The notes below the pieces were generated by a model, which saw only the letters and a list, made by a program, of their open reading frames with translations, was not told where the DNA came from and did not search any database. Shown piece by piece: positions 18,177 through 26,836 of a stretch of DNA of 64,000 nucleotides (within the stretch, counting starts at the first letter, position 1; each line of letters begins with the position of its first letter). Origin of the DNA: an archaeon (GTDB taxonomy: Archaea > Iainarchaeota > Iainarchaeia > Iainarchaeales > Iainarchaeaceae). The position numbers and the translations under genes are program-made. The stretch is from assembly GCA_035289485.1 (NCBI GenBank), contig DATDXA010000031.1, positions 27,807 through 91,806 of the forward strand. The letters are read 5' to 3'.

Positions 18177-18704
18177 TCACTTCTTTCTTTTAGTTTTCCT
18201 GGAAAGTTCCTTCAAAGGCTTTGCGCGCAGGAACAGTTCAGTAATTATTGAATCCGTTGTTTCTTTAATAGTTTTCCTGTTCTCAAGCTCGATGATTTTT
18301 GCCTTTGCATAGTTGCGAGCGGCATGCTTTTTGCAGTAATCTATCCCTTCGCAGAACACATTGTCCTGCACCTTTTCATCCCTGTATCCGCGCAGTTCAA
18401 GCCTTGCCCCTAATCTCTCAGGGTTCAGGCGCAGCAGCACGCAAAAATCAAACTTGCCCTTTATTTCGCAGAGCATATGCCCCTCAACAATGATGTTTTT
18501 TTCCTTTGCAAGGAGTTTATTTAGCCTCGATTCTAGTTTTTCAATCGGCACCACGAGTTCATTTTCCGCGGCGTCAAACTCCCCGATTCCTTCGCGCAGC
18601 GAGAATTCTTTCTCATTGAGGACCTTATGCCCGAGCTCCTGCCCAAGCTTTTTTGCAATGGTGGTTTTGCCAACCCCCGGGGTTCCTGTTATGCAGATTC
18701 GCAT
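18177..18704 (-). CDS. Fap7/hCINAP-like putative adenylate kinase (P-loop NTPase)
   Basis: MRICITGTPGVGKTT Walker A at the extreme N-terminus and about 175 aa, as in archaeal Fap7-type kinases. Confidence 0.7.
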   Translation of the reverse strand: MRICITGTPGVGKTTIAKKLGQELGHKVLNEKEFSLREGIGEFDAAENELVVPIEKLESRLNKLLAKEKNIIVEGHMLCEIKGKFDFCVLLRLNPERLGARLELRGYRDEKVQDNVFCEGIDYCKKHAARNYAKAKIIELENRKTIKETTDSIITELFLRAKPLKELSRKTKRKK

Positions 18705-19124
18705 CTGGAAATTGGGTCAGGATGGTAATAAAGCATTTCCGAATCGGCCATTAAATCAGAAAGCTGAAAATAGAAAAAGCGGCGGAAAGAGGAGAAGGGG
18801 TGAACAATGAGATTAGCTTACAGAGGCTTAATAGCATAAGTCTTCCTTAGGCCAATAGCTTGGTCAGTTAACCTCTCCCCGCCTTGTTCTAGGCACAGAA
18901 GCAATTTGGCGGCATTGGACTGCTGTTCGGTCTTTAGCCCACTACCACTTACAGATGACATTAAATGTTCCATGCCCAAAACATCATCTCTAATGATTTA
19001 AGTAGTATAAATACCTTTCTGTACAACGGAGCAAGTATAAGGCTCCGTTTACCTAAAGGAGTCATTTTGTTCAGTTATTTGGAAAAATAAGCTTTATAGT
19101 GCCTTTTTTCTTATGTATATTCAC

Positions 19125-19295
19125 TTTTTTTTCGCGCTAAAAAAATTTTTGAAAAAACGCGAAAATTCGGTTTATGTATATGGGTGTTTCTGTGAAAAAT
19201 TTCGCGCTTAATCGCCAAAATGGTTTTTACGGCTTTTCGCGTTTTTCCGTGTCCAAATTTTCGCGCGAATGATGTTTTCATAACGCAAAAAATGG
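19125..19295. repeat. AT-rich intergenic repeat block: palindrome TTTTCGCG-N21-CGCGAAAA plus direct copies of AAATTT(T)CGCGC...CAAAA(A)TGGTTT
   Basis: Read directly: ttttcgcgctaaaaaaatttttgaaaaaacgcgaaaa at 19129-19165. aaatttcgcgc at about 19196 and aaattttcgcgcg at about 19254. ccaaaatggttttt and caaaaaatggttt about 60 nt apart. Confidence 0.6.
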
Positions 19296-19406
19296 TTTAG
19301 AAAAAGAGTTTTAGCAAAACAAATACTTTCTTAGTATATTTTGGGCTGTTCCGGAAGCCTGCTTCCCATTATGGCAAGTAAATGATAGTGGAACTGAATT
19401 ATCCAT

Positions 19407-19733
19407 TCAAATATTTTTCATCAATTCCTTTTTCACTTTCTCAAAGAACTGCGGGGTTACTTTGCCAATCTCCTTGAGGAAAAGTTCCTTTTCCATCGAG
19501 GCAATGGTATCCGTTCTTACAAAGCTTTTTGCCCTGAGTTCCCCTGAAAAATCCTTTTCCGTCATTTCAAGCTCAAATTCTTTCATGGTTGCCTTGGTTG
19601 TCAGGGGGCAAGTCCAATAGAATGCGTGCGCGTTGTTGAAATGTTCATTTGAGATTATCAGTGCCGGCCTTATTTTGTAATCAATTTGGTTTGTGAAGGG
19701 AAACCTTGCCAAAGCCACGGTTAATTGGTTCAT
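19407..19733 (-). CDS. PemK/MazF-family toxin (mRNA interferase)
   Basis: DYKIRPALIISNEHFNNAHAFYWTCPLTTK matches the MazF/PemK core (RP.l..s......v.P.T). Confidence 0.7.
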   Translation of the reverse strand: MNQLTVALARFPFTNQIDYKIRPALIISNEHFNNAHAFYWTCPLTTKATMKEFELEMTEKDFSGELRAKSFVRTDTIASMEKELFLKEIGKVTPQFFEKVKKELMKNI

Positions 19734-19739
19734 TGAAAA

Positions 19740-19955
19740 TCACAGGTATGTTTTCCAGATTTCGTCCTCATCGTTGCCCCATATTTTTTCAAGCGCCCTT
19801 TGCGAAAGTGCCGCTTTGGCATACTTGTTCGGGCCCATTTTTTCCCGCAGTATTTCCCTTATGACCTCACTTCTGCTCTTGTAGAGGCCTGATTTTACCC
19901 TGCCGTCTATCCATTTTTCCATTTCATCCGTGACATCCGCGCTTAGTGTTGTCAT
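19740..19955 (-). CDS. Ribbon-helix-helix (CopG/ParD-like) antitoxin paired with the PemK toxin
   Basis: VKSGLYKSRSEVIREILRE RHH signature. 71 aa, immediately upstream of the toxin. Confidence 0.65.
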   Translation of the reverse strand: MTTLSADVTDEMEKWIDGRVKSGLYKSRSEVIREILREKMGPNKYAKAALSQRALEKIWGNDEDEIWKTYL

Positions 19956-20156
19956 ACATCACATATAGCGGGCTATATTTTTAAAGGTTATGAAATTGGC
20001 AAAGCAGGGCAATCTTGCACAAAACTATTTACTAAAAAATCTTAGTAAAACAAAGAATCTTTTGGTATAATTTAAGCGCCATTATGGCACACATTATGCC
20101 TTGGCAACAACTGCGTTGTTGATTCAATTTCCCGCCGATTTTGGGCTGTCTTTTAT

Positions 20157-20441
20157 TTGTTTTGCAGCCAGTTCCTTCAAATGCTTCTAGAATTTTTCGC
20201 ATACCTAACGGGCCTATTTGGAATACTCATGGCTTTTGGCCATTTCTTCCAGGCAAACAGGATTTACAAAAACAAAAGCTCAAAGGATGTGAGCCTTGTC
20301 AATTACATAATTCTAATGGTCGGCTGCTGGGTGTGGCTCATTTATGGGATATTGAAGCAGGACTACCCGATAATGATAAGCTTTGGGATTTCAGTTGTAG
20401 GGACAACTGCGGTTGTTGCGCTCAAGTTTGTTTACAAGTAG
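20157..20441 (+). CDS. SemiSWEET (MtN3/PQ-loop) sugar transporter, 3-TM half unit
   Basis: 94 aa with three TM helices. FQANRIYKNKSSKDVSL matches the PQ-loop motif (PQxxKxxKxKSxxGVS). Confidence 0.7.
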   Translation: MFCSQFLQMLLEFFAYLTGLFGILMAFGHFFQANRIYKNKSSKDVSLVNYIILMVGCWVWLIYGILKQDYPIMISFGISVVGTTAVVALKFVYK

Positions 20442-20567
20442 TTGGGAACTTAGTTGCCATTGTATTGGTACTTTGAATAAATACTTAACTCTGTTGGGGG
20501 TACTTATAATTGTTTAGGGGTTGAGGGGCCTAGATACTATTAGTTGTTTTTGAAAAATATGTGGCTT

Positions 20568-21098
20568 TTATTCTTTGAAAAAATGCACTAACCAAAGCGC
20601 AAACGAACCTATCAAATAGAAGTTTAGAAGATCAAACAAGAGCCTAATCACTGTAAGAGAATAAGGGTATGATACCTCAATTCCTGATGGAATTGGTGGC
20701 AATAAAACATCCGTTATTGGAAGGTATACAAGCGTAGAAAAAGCATACCATATCCCATAACCGGATAAGGTAAGTATTATGTTGATTTTATTTGGGTACA
20801 AACACTCCGTGAAAGACTTTGCCATAGATATATCATCACTCCAATTCTTTTTATCTCTTACTTTATCTAAAAACCAAAAGGAAAAGCAAGATATTAGATA
20901 AAATGTGGCAATCTCAGTCACAAGTCTCATAATCCAATAAATATGTGACCCTAAATGCACCCTAGCTACAAGATTTTGGGCAAAAATGTTTTCTGACGGA
21001 GTTAGCAGGATAGTATCTAATAAATAAAATAGCCCGTAGGCAAAAATAACAAAAAGAATTTTTTTCTCATTTGGTTTCAAAAAATAAAATGGCTTCAT
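20568..21098 (-). CDS. Hypothetical polytopic membrane protein (AT-rich gene)
   Basis: 176 aa, at least four hydrophobic segments, no recognised family. Local GC is clearly lower than the flanks. Confidence 0.45.
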   Translation of the reverse strand: MKPFYFLKPNEKKILFVIFAYGLFYLLDTILLTPSENIFAQNLVARVHLGSHIYWIMRLVTEIATFYLISCFSFWFLDKVRDKKNWSDDISMAKSFTECLYPNKINIILTLSGYGIWYAFSTLVYLPITDVLLPPIPSGIEVSYPYSLTVIRLLFDLLNFYLIGSFALWLVHFFKE

Positions 21099-21251
21099 CT
21101 ATAGTTCTATCTTTTCCAGAGTTAATATTATTTAGCAATTCTCTCTTAGTTCTCTCTTCCCCCCGGCTGTGAGGGAAAAGTTGCCACACCCGAGCCATTT
21201 TCTAAAGTGCACCTATATTTCTTGAAGGGCATAATATAATTTCCGTAAAAC

Positions 21252-21279
21252 GTTTCAATTCAGCCAATTCAATTGAAAC
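21252..21279. promoter_or_regulatory. Perfect 9-bp inverted repeat GTTTCAATT-N10-AATTGAAAC; candidate terminator or operator hairpin
   Basis: Read directly. Lies about 75 nt downstream of the aCPSF1 stop and about 155 nt upstream of the membrane-protein gene start. Confidence 0.4.
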
Positions 21280-21353
21280 ATCGCGACTTCACTCACCGGT
21301 TCCGCCCATGCGAATATATTGCGCCCCGACAGGGCTCAAATGAATAAATAGTA

Positions 21354-24300
21354 TTACTTCAACCTTACCGAATCCAAATTCCTTATCGCCTGCGAGCTTA
21401 TCCCGAACTTTTGCGAAAAGTGCTTTGCAAGCTCAACACATTTCTCGGCTTCGCCGTGATCTGTAAGTATTCTCTTCGGCTTGGGCTTTAGGTTTCTCAC
21501 ATACGCAGAGAGCTGCATGCGATCAGAGTGCCCTGAAAACCCATCAAGCCTTTCAATCCTAAGATTCACATTCAGTTTTCTTGTCCTTCCGGCATTATCC
21601 GTAATCGGCAGGCTCTTTACTCCGCTTAGAACCTTTCTTCCAAGCGAGCCTTCACCCTGGTAACCTACAAAAGCAAGTGTATTGACCGGGTTCTCCGCGA
21701 GGCGGTAGAAGTACTGAACGCTTGCTCCGCCAGTTAGCATTCCGCTAGAAGCCAGAATTATTGCTTTCCCGTTCTGTGCAATTGCGTCCCTGTCCTCCGG
21801 CTTTGCAACCTGGAAAATATCTGAAGTGAAGGGCGAATCGTTTTGCAAAACCCTCTTCTGAACTCCCGTGCGCAAATACTCAGGATATGCCGTGTGTATT
21901 GCCGAGCTCTCCTTGGTCATTCCATCAATATACACTTTGACTTCAGGGTCAATTAGGCCTTTTCTGTAATAATTCTCAATTACAAGCTGAATCTCCTGCG
22001 CCCTTCCGACAGCAAACACGGGCACCAAAATAGAGCCGCCCTGATTCACAGTTTCTTGTATGATTTTCAAAAACCTCGCTTCCGTGTCCTCACGCGCGGT
22101 TTGAATGTCATCCTTTCCGCCGTATGTGCTCTCAACAATAAGGGTTTCAAGCCTTGGATAATTTATGTCAACATTATTGAAGAGCCTGCTAAAGCCGTAC
22201 TTGATGTCTGCGCTGTAAACCAAGTTGTGCGCCCCCTCTCCAATATGAAGGTGCACTGATGCGCTTCCGAGCACATGTGCCGCATTATGGAATGTAAGCC
22301 TCATATCCGGCGCAATATCAGTAACTTCGCGGTAATCGCGTGTGATGCAGTACTTGAGCATTTCCTTAACATCGCGCTCAGAATAAGGCGCTTCCTTATT
22401 CTCCTTTGCCATGATGTCAAGATAGTCAAAGAGAAGCAGCGCGCCAAGATCACGTGTCGGCTCGGTGTTGTGAAGGCAAATTGGCGCTTCCCCGCCAACA
22501 AAATTCTGGTCATCTTCAACCGAAAAGTCGTAGACAAACCCATTAGTTGGCTCTACCATATTAATCTCTGTAATCGGGAGGAATGCCAGGTCGGTTTCTG
22601 AAAACTCCATTAACTTTTCCCTGGTTTCCTGCGCCACCAAAGAAGTGCCATTGGCACTTTTTACCCAATTCTTATTTAGAAGTTCTGCAAGCCTTTGCTT
22701 GGTGACATGCTTTCTATTTTTCAGCCTGTGGTAAAACCACTCTTGCCCAAAACCCACTTCTTTTAAGGGCAAAATATCGCACCCTTTCTTATCTAATCTT
22801 CTTTTTCCAAAGAACTCGGATAAATTTATTGTGATGCTGTAAACCGTATTTTTTGTTTTTGCTTTCGGCATCGCAATAGTAAATTTGCTGTATGTAAAGC
22901 CGAGTTGCGAGCATAAATATGACAAATCCGAGGCCAAATCCTTGCTGACAGTTGTTGCGGTAGCTGTCTTGTTCAGTTGGTTTATTGTGCCATCACCTTC
23001 AAAATAGGCTTCCAGAAAAGCTAACTTTAGTTCGTCCCCGACGTTGAATACTATTTCTGGTATTCTTTTACTTGTTGCTTTTTTATAGCCTGGGAAAAAT
23101 TCTTTCTTGAATACGTCCAACAAATTTTTAGAATTTATTGCCACCCTAAGCCTTGTTTCCTGGCTTATGCTATCTTTTGCCTCAATGTCGAACACTTTTC
23201 TAACCGCATTTTTAAGTTCCTCTACAATTCCCCTGTCTTTGAGCCCGAAGGTGAGCCTTATCCCCCTTTTCTCAAAATGACCTTCTGCAGTAAAATATCC
23301 TAAAATTTTCATGAGGTCTGTGTTCACGCTGATTTTGCCCGGGAGCTTGATTTTGGATCCTTTGCCATTGTATTGCTCCAAGCCAATCGTTTCAATTTTT
23401 TCATTTCCTGACGGGAGTTTGTGCGGGGCAATAAGATAGTCCCCAATCTTTAATTCGCTGACTTTGGCATCAGAGATTTTTCCATTTTTGAGGACAAATA
23501 CGCTGTGGGATCCCGTTACCTTTACCTTTCTTTTGTTCCTTGTCACAATTTCAAATATTTTGCCTTCAACTTTGTGCCTTATTACTTTTTTGACTTTCTT
23601 AAAATTAATTTTCTTGTCTTTTGAGAAAGCAGGCACGTATAACTCCTGATTTGGCTGTGCCGCCATGTATTCGTTTTCAGGATAAAAATCCACATTCTTC
23701 GAGTTGCCGATGATTTTATCTATCACTGCGCCAATTTTTTCTATTTTTATGCGGCCATTTTCCTTTATCATAACCGGTTCTGCATAGTCCACACTCATGT
23801 ACACCGGGCCGCGGTAACCCAGTTTGAACAGGTAAGGCAAAAATCCTATGTGGTCCATGTGCGTGTGGCTAATCACAACCGCATCAAGCTCATTTATCGG
23901 GAAGCGAATCGCGTCAAGATAGGGAAATGCGTCCTCAGAGTTTTGCGCCGCAACATTGATTCCACAGTCCATTAATATTTTTGTCCTGCGGGTTTCAAGC
24001 ATTATGCAGCTTCTTCCAACCTGCCTAAATCCTCCAAGAGGAGTTAGCCTAATCCAGCTCGGGCCCGGCTTTTCAGAATAAATTTTCTTTGCAGTTTCCT
24101 GCAAAATCTTTTTGCGCTCGGAAGCATATTTCACAAGGTGGTGCCTAATCCCGCGCAATATTTCACTTGGCGAAGTCGGGCTTCTCAAAATTTTAGGGGT
24201 CCATCCGGTTTGCAGTATAATTTCTTTTGTTGTCATTCCGCCCTTGCCAATTACAAGGCCGGGCTTAAGCGCTTCAATTACAACTTCACTAAAAGCTTCC

Positions 24301-24581
24301 ATGAACTGAATGTCCGCGATTTTGGCGTCCTCAGGGACAATTTTCATTATCTTTTCGCGCGCCTCTTTTTCCTCAAGCAGCAGAGATTTGTCCGCGCGGA
24401 TATTCACTTTCTTCTTTAGCTGGTGCGCAATCGCGCGCACATAATCCTCGTTCTCGTGGAAAGCGCGGGGATTTTTTGTATAAATCGCAATCTCAGGCCC
24501 TTCAAGGTCGACTGATGAGACTTCGGCTTCCTTTGGCACGATTGCCGCAACAGTTTCCTTTACTTCCTTTAGATATTCCAT
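21354..24581 (-). CDS. aCPSF1 / FttA (KH-KH, metallo-beta-lactamase, beta-CASP, RMMBL ribonuclease; archaeal transcription termination factor) interrupted by an intein
   Basis: N-terminal KH domains (VIGKGGMTTKEI), HTHMDH zinc motif, and GPVYM then intein then TEPTRDL, which aligns with ...GPVYCTRPTRDL... of intein-free aCPSF1. C-terminal beta-CASP/RMMBL region. 1075 aa = 259 + 446 + 370. Confidence 0.9.
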   Translation of the reverse strand: MEYLKEVKETVAAIVPKEAEVSSVDLEGPEIAIYTKNPRAFHENEDYVRAIAHQLKKKVNIRADKSLLLEEKEAREKIMKIVPEDAKIADIQFMEAFSEVVIEALKPGLVIGKGGMTTKEIILQTGWTPKILRSPTSPSEILRGIRHHLVKYASERKKILQETAKKIYSEKPGPSWIRLTPLGGFRQVGRSCIMLETRRTKILMDCGINVAAQNSEDAFPYLDAIRFPINELDAVVISHTHMDHIGFLPYLFKLGYRGPVYMSVDYAEPVMIKENGRIKIEKIGAVIDKIIGNSKNVDFYPENEYMAAQPNQELYVPAFSKDKKINFKKVKKVIRHKVEGKIFEIVTRNKRKVKVTGSHSVFVLKNGKISDAKVSELKIGDYLIAPHKLPSGNEKIETIGLEQYNGKGSKIKLPGKISVNTDLMKILGYFTAEGHFEKRGIRLTFGLKDRGIVEELKNAVRKVFDIEAKDSISQETRLRVAINSKNLLDVFKKEFFPGYKKATSKRIPEIVFNVGDELKLAFLEAYFEGDGTINQLNKTATATTVSKDLASDLSYLCSQLGFTYSKFTIAMPKAKTKNTVYSITINLSEFFGKRRLDKKGCDILPLKEVGFGQEWFYHRLKNRKHVTKQRLAELLNKNWVKSANGTSLVAQETREKLMEFSETDLAFLPITEINMVEPTNGFVYDFSVEDDQNFVGGEAPICLHNTEPTRDLGALLLFDYLDIMAKENKEAPYSERDVKEMLKYCITRDYREVTDIAPDMRLTFHNAAHVLGSASVHLHIGEGAHNLVYSADIKYGFSRLFNNVDINYPRLETLIVESTYGGKDDIQTAREDTEARFLKIIQETVNQGGSILVPVFAVGRAQEIQLVIENYYRKGLIDPEVKVYIDGMTKESSAIHTAYPEYLRTGVQKRVLQNDSPFTSDIFQVAKPEDRDAIAQNGKAIILASSGMLTGGASVQYFYRLAENPVNTLAFVGYQGEGSLGRKVLSGVKSLPITDNAGRTRKLNVNLRIERLDGFSGHSDRMQLSAYVRNLKPKPKRILTDHGEAEKCVELAKHFSQKFGISSQAIRNLDSVRLK
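22467..23804 (-). mobile_element. Intein (446 aa, Ser1...His-Asn, +1 Thr) with LAGLIDADG homing-endonuclease domain, inserted in aCPSF1
   Basis: Begins SVDYAEPVMI and ends ICLHN followed by T. LAGLIDADG motifs ILGYFTAEGHF and LKLAFLEAYFEGDGTI. AT-richer than the exteins. Confidence 0.8.
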
Positions 24582-24706
24582 AAGCTCAACTTCAGTCCGT
24601 TCAGATTTTTCACAATAATTTTTAGTATGCGGGCGATTTTTGCAAATTTTTTAATAAGGAAAATTCGTTAAATGTAAAATATCGGATTCATCCAAGTGCG
24701 CCGCAT

Positions 24707-25345
24707 TCACGCCATTGCGGTTTCCTTTACTATCTTCTCAATCTTGTCCTTTGCGATTTCGCGAACGCCCTTCTCATCTATAACAAAAACAGTTGCCCCG
24801 ACTCCGCCCGAATAAATGTCCCTTTTCTTTGCGGCCTCAATTGCCCTGACCGCAAGTGTTATTGCGTCTTTTTCGTTCATTCCCTTTTTGTAAGAATTAT
24901 CAAGCGTTACAAGCGCGGGCTCAGTTCCCGAGCCGCTTACCGCATATTTGTCCCGCTCAAGGATTGCGCCCATAGGGGTCAGATCAAAGAGCTCTGCCTT
25001 TCCGTTATAGCCGCCGATTATCAGCTGCACAATGTATGGGTAATACCTGTTAGCATTCATTACATTGGAAAGGAAATTCGCCGCAGCGCGCGCTGTCATG
25101 CGCTCATTGCGTTCAAGCTCATACACTTTCGCGTGGCTTTTTAGGAACCTTATAATCATGAGGCTGTCGCCAACGTCTCCAGCGTTTGTTACCGCAAGAG
25201 AGCCATTAATCTTGTAAATTTTCTCGGACTCGTCCTCGTATGCTATGTGCCCCATTGAGGCGCGCTTATCCGCGGCGAGAACTAGCCCAGAGTCGTAAAT
25301 TAATCCTACCGTAGTTGTTCCGGTTTTAAGGTCTTTACTTTCCAT
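24707..25345 (-). CDS. psmB: Proteasome beta subunit
   Basis: Short propeptide followed by TTTVGLIYDSGLVLAADKRAS (N-terminal Thr nucleophile). Confidence 0.9.
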   Translation of the reverse strand: MESKDLKTGTTTVGLIYDSGLVLAADKRASMGHIAYEDESEKIYKINGSLAVTNAGDVGDSLMIIRFLKSHAKVYELERNERMTARAAANFLSNVMNANRYYPYIVQLIIGGYNGKAELFDLTPMGAILERDKYAVSGSGTEPALVTLDNSYKKGMNEKDAITLAVRAIEAAKKRDIYSGGVGATVFVIDEKGVREIAKDKIEKIVKETAMA

Positions 25346-25410
25346 AAATTCACCAAAATCAGAGGTTATTATCTGAAAGATTGTCCCCCTGAAACCTTTA
25401 TAAAGCTTAG

Positions 25411-25740
25411 TCAGGCGTAAGCCGCTGCCTTTTGCGCCCCTATTTTCTCCATGGATTTGCGCACAAGCCTCTTATCAAGCTCTGAGAGCTGCTTTACAAC
25501 TGCGCTTCCCGAATTTATCCTATACATCTCCGCCTTTCCGACCCTGCGCGTGCCCTCCACAATTCCGGCCTCTTCGAGATTTTTCCAGAATGTTTCAAGT
25601 GTGTTCCACGAAACACCCGAATTCCTGCAAATGTCCCTTTTTGAATAATCAAAGACGTCGTTTTCAAGCAGGAAATCAATCACCCTTATGGCGGGGTAGT
25701 CGCCGAAGAATTTCACAAACAGGGATTTTTCAGATTTCAT
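25411..25740 (-). CDS. Winged-helix DNA-binding protein (putative transcriptional regulator)
   Basis: DICRNSGVSWNTLETFWKNLEEAGIVEGTRRVGKAEMYRIN helix-turn-helix plus wing pattern. Confidence 0.55.
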   Translation of the reverse strand: MKSEKSLFVKFFGDYPAIRVIDFLLENDVFDYSKRDICRNSGVSWNTLETFWKNLEEAGIVEGTRRVGKAEMYRINSGSAVVKQLSELDKRLVRKSMEKIGAQKAAAYA

Positions 25741-25757
25741 AATAAAATAATTTCTGC

Positions 25758-26054
25758 ATGGGCATATTTAAATCTTTATCGTTATCATTTCAATTTATGA
25801 AACTTTCTCCCATTGACGTAAAAAGGCGGATTCTTTACAAAATGGCGAGAAAGAACCTCTGGGGCGGGAAGCATACTGCCTATGATGAGATGTGGAAACG
25901 CGGGCTTCCACAAGAACACTGGGCTGATTTCAGGCACGAACTCGACAACCTCATAAAAGAAGGTTTTGTGGCAAAGAAGCCTACCGGTTATGGCATGCAC
26001 ATTTCCCTGAACGTGCGCATGAAGGCCGAAATAGAAAAGATTATTTTTGAGTGA
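25758..26054 (+). CDS. Hypothetical protein
   Basis: 98 aa, no confident domain. Confidence 0.3.
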   Translation: MGIFKSLSLSFQFMKLSPIDVKRRILYKMARKNLWGGKHTAYDEMWKRGLPQEHWADFRHELDNLIKEGFVAKKPTGYGMHISLNVRMKAEIEKIIFE

Positions 26055-26754
26055 CCGGCGCCTTCTTGGATGCGGCATCTTTCACCGGCTTCACTTCAAA
26101 GCTTTCCACAATCTCAACTTTCTTAATTTCAGGAATCACATCCTTAATCGTTTTCGAAAAAGGCCCGACAAACGGAGCAATGTTTTTTGCAAGCTCTTTT
26201 GGAAGCTTCACTTTGAGCGCATCGCCATCAAGCATGGTTTGCGCCTTCTCTTTTAGCGGGAAAAACTTTTCAGTTAGAAGCTGCGCCTTTTCTTTCGAAT
26301 CCTTAACTTCGCGCACGATTTTGAGTTCGTACTCGACTTCCTTTCCCGCAAGATCGCTGTTCAAATCAACGCGCACCCTTCCGCCGGAAACCGTCTGCAC
26401 TTTCCCATAGCTCCCATTAAGGTCAACCACCAAGCCGGGGAGCGGCTGGATATTTCTTTTGCGGAACTGCTGCAAAGGGACAATTACAACAAGCTCTTTT
26501 CTTCTTTCGCCAAAAGCTTTCGCGGCTGCAAGCTTAACCGTTCGCGATTCGCCCTCTTTCATTTCGCGCACTGCATCCTCAAGGCCCGCGAGTATGTCTC
26601 CCCTGCCAACAATCGTTGGCACCGGGCCAAAAACCGCATTCTCGCGCCAAAAACCATTATCCTTGGCTACCTGCTCTGAAGTTGAGTCAAAAATCCTGCC
26701 GCTCTCAAGTTCACGCCCTGTGAACTCCAAAAGCACAATGCTGTTTTGTTTCAT
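26041..26754 (-). CDS. FKBP-type peptidyl-prolyl cis-trans isomerase (long archaeal form with insert-in-flap domain)
   Basis: VLLEFTGRELESGRIFDST...GRGDILAGLEDAVREMKEGE FKBP core plus a C-terminal helical extension. 237 aa. Confidence 0.8.
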   Translation of the reverse strand: MKQNSIVLLEFTGRELESGRIFDSTSEQVAKDNGFWRENAVFGPVPTIVGRGDILAGLEDAVREMKEGESRTVKLAAAKAFGERRKELVVIVPLQQFRKRNIQPLPGLVVDLNGSYGKVQTVSGGRVRVDLNSDLAGKEVEYELKIVREVKDSKEKAQLLTEKFFPLKEKAQTMLDGDALKVKLPKELAKNIAPFVGPFSKTIKDVIPEIKKVEIVESFEVKPVKDAASKKAPVTQK

Positions 26755-26836
26755 AACATCCCTTCCAAAAAAATGCGCTTTAAAAGGCTTTTTAATCGCA
26801 ATCTACTTTGTATTCAGATAATTTTTAGCCCTGAAT

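Noticed and set aside
19125-19295. Possible CRISPR array in the AT-rich repeat block
   Set aside because: The repeats are short and imperfect with irregular spacing, and are partly palindromic rather than direct. There is no uniform repeat-spacer periodicity and no cas genes nearby.
19366-20090. Recurrent CCATTATGGCA word at 19366 and 20080 flanking the RHH-PemK pair
   Set aside because: Only 11 nt, imperfectly palindromic, and within chance expectation for this window size. Insufficient to call as att sites.
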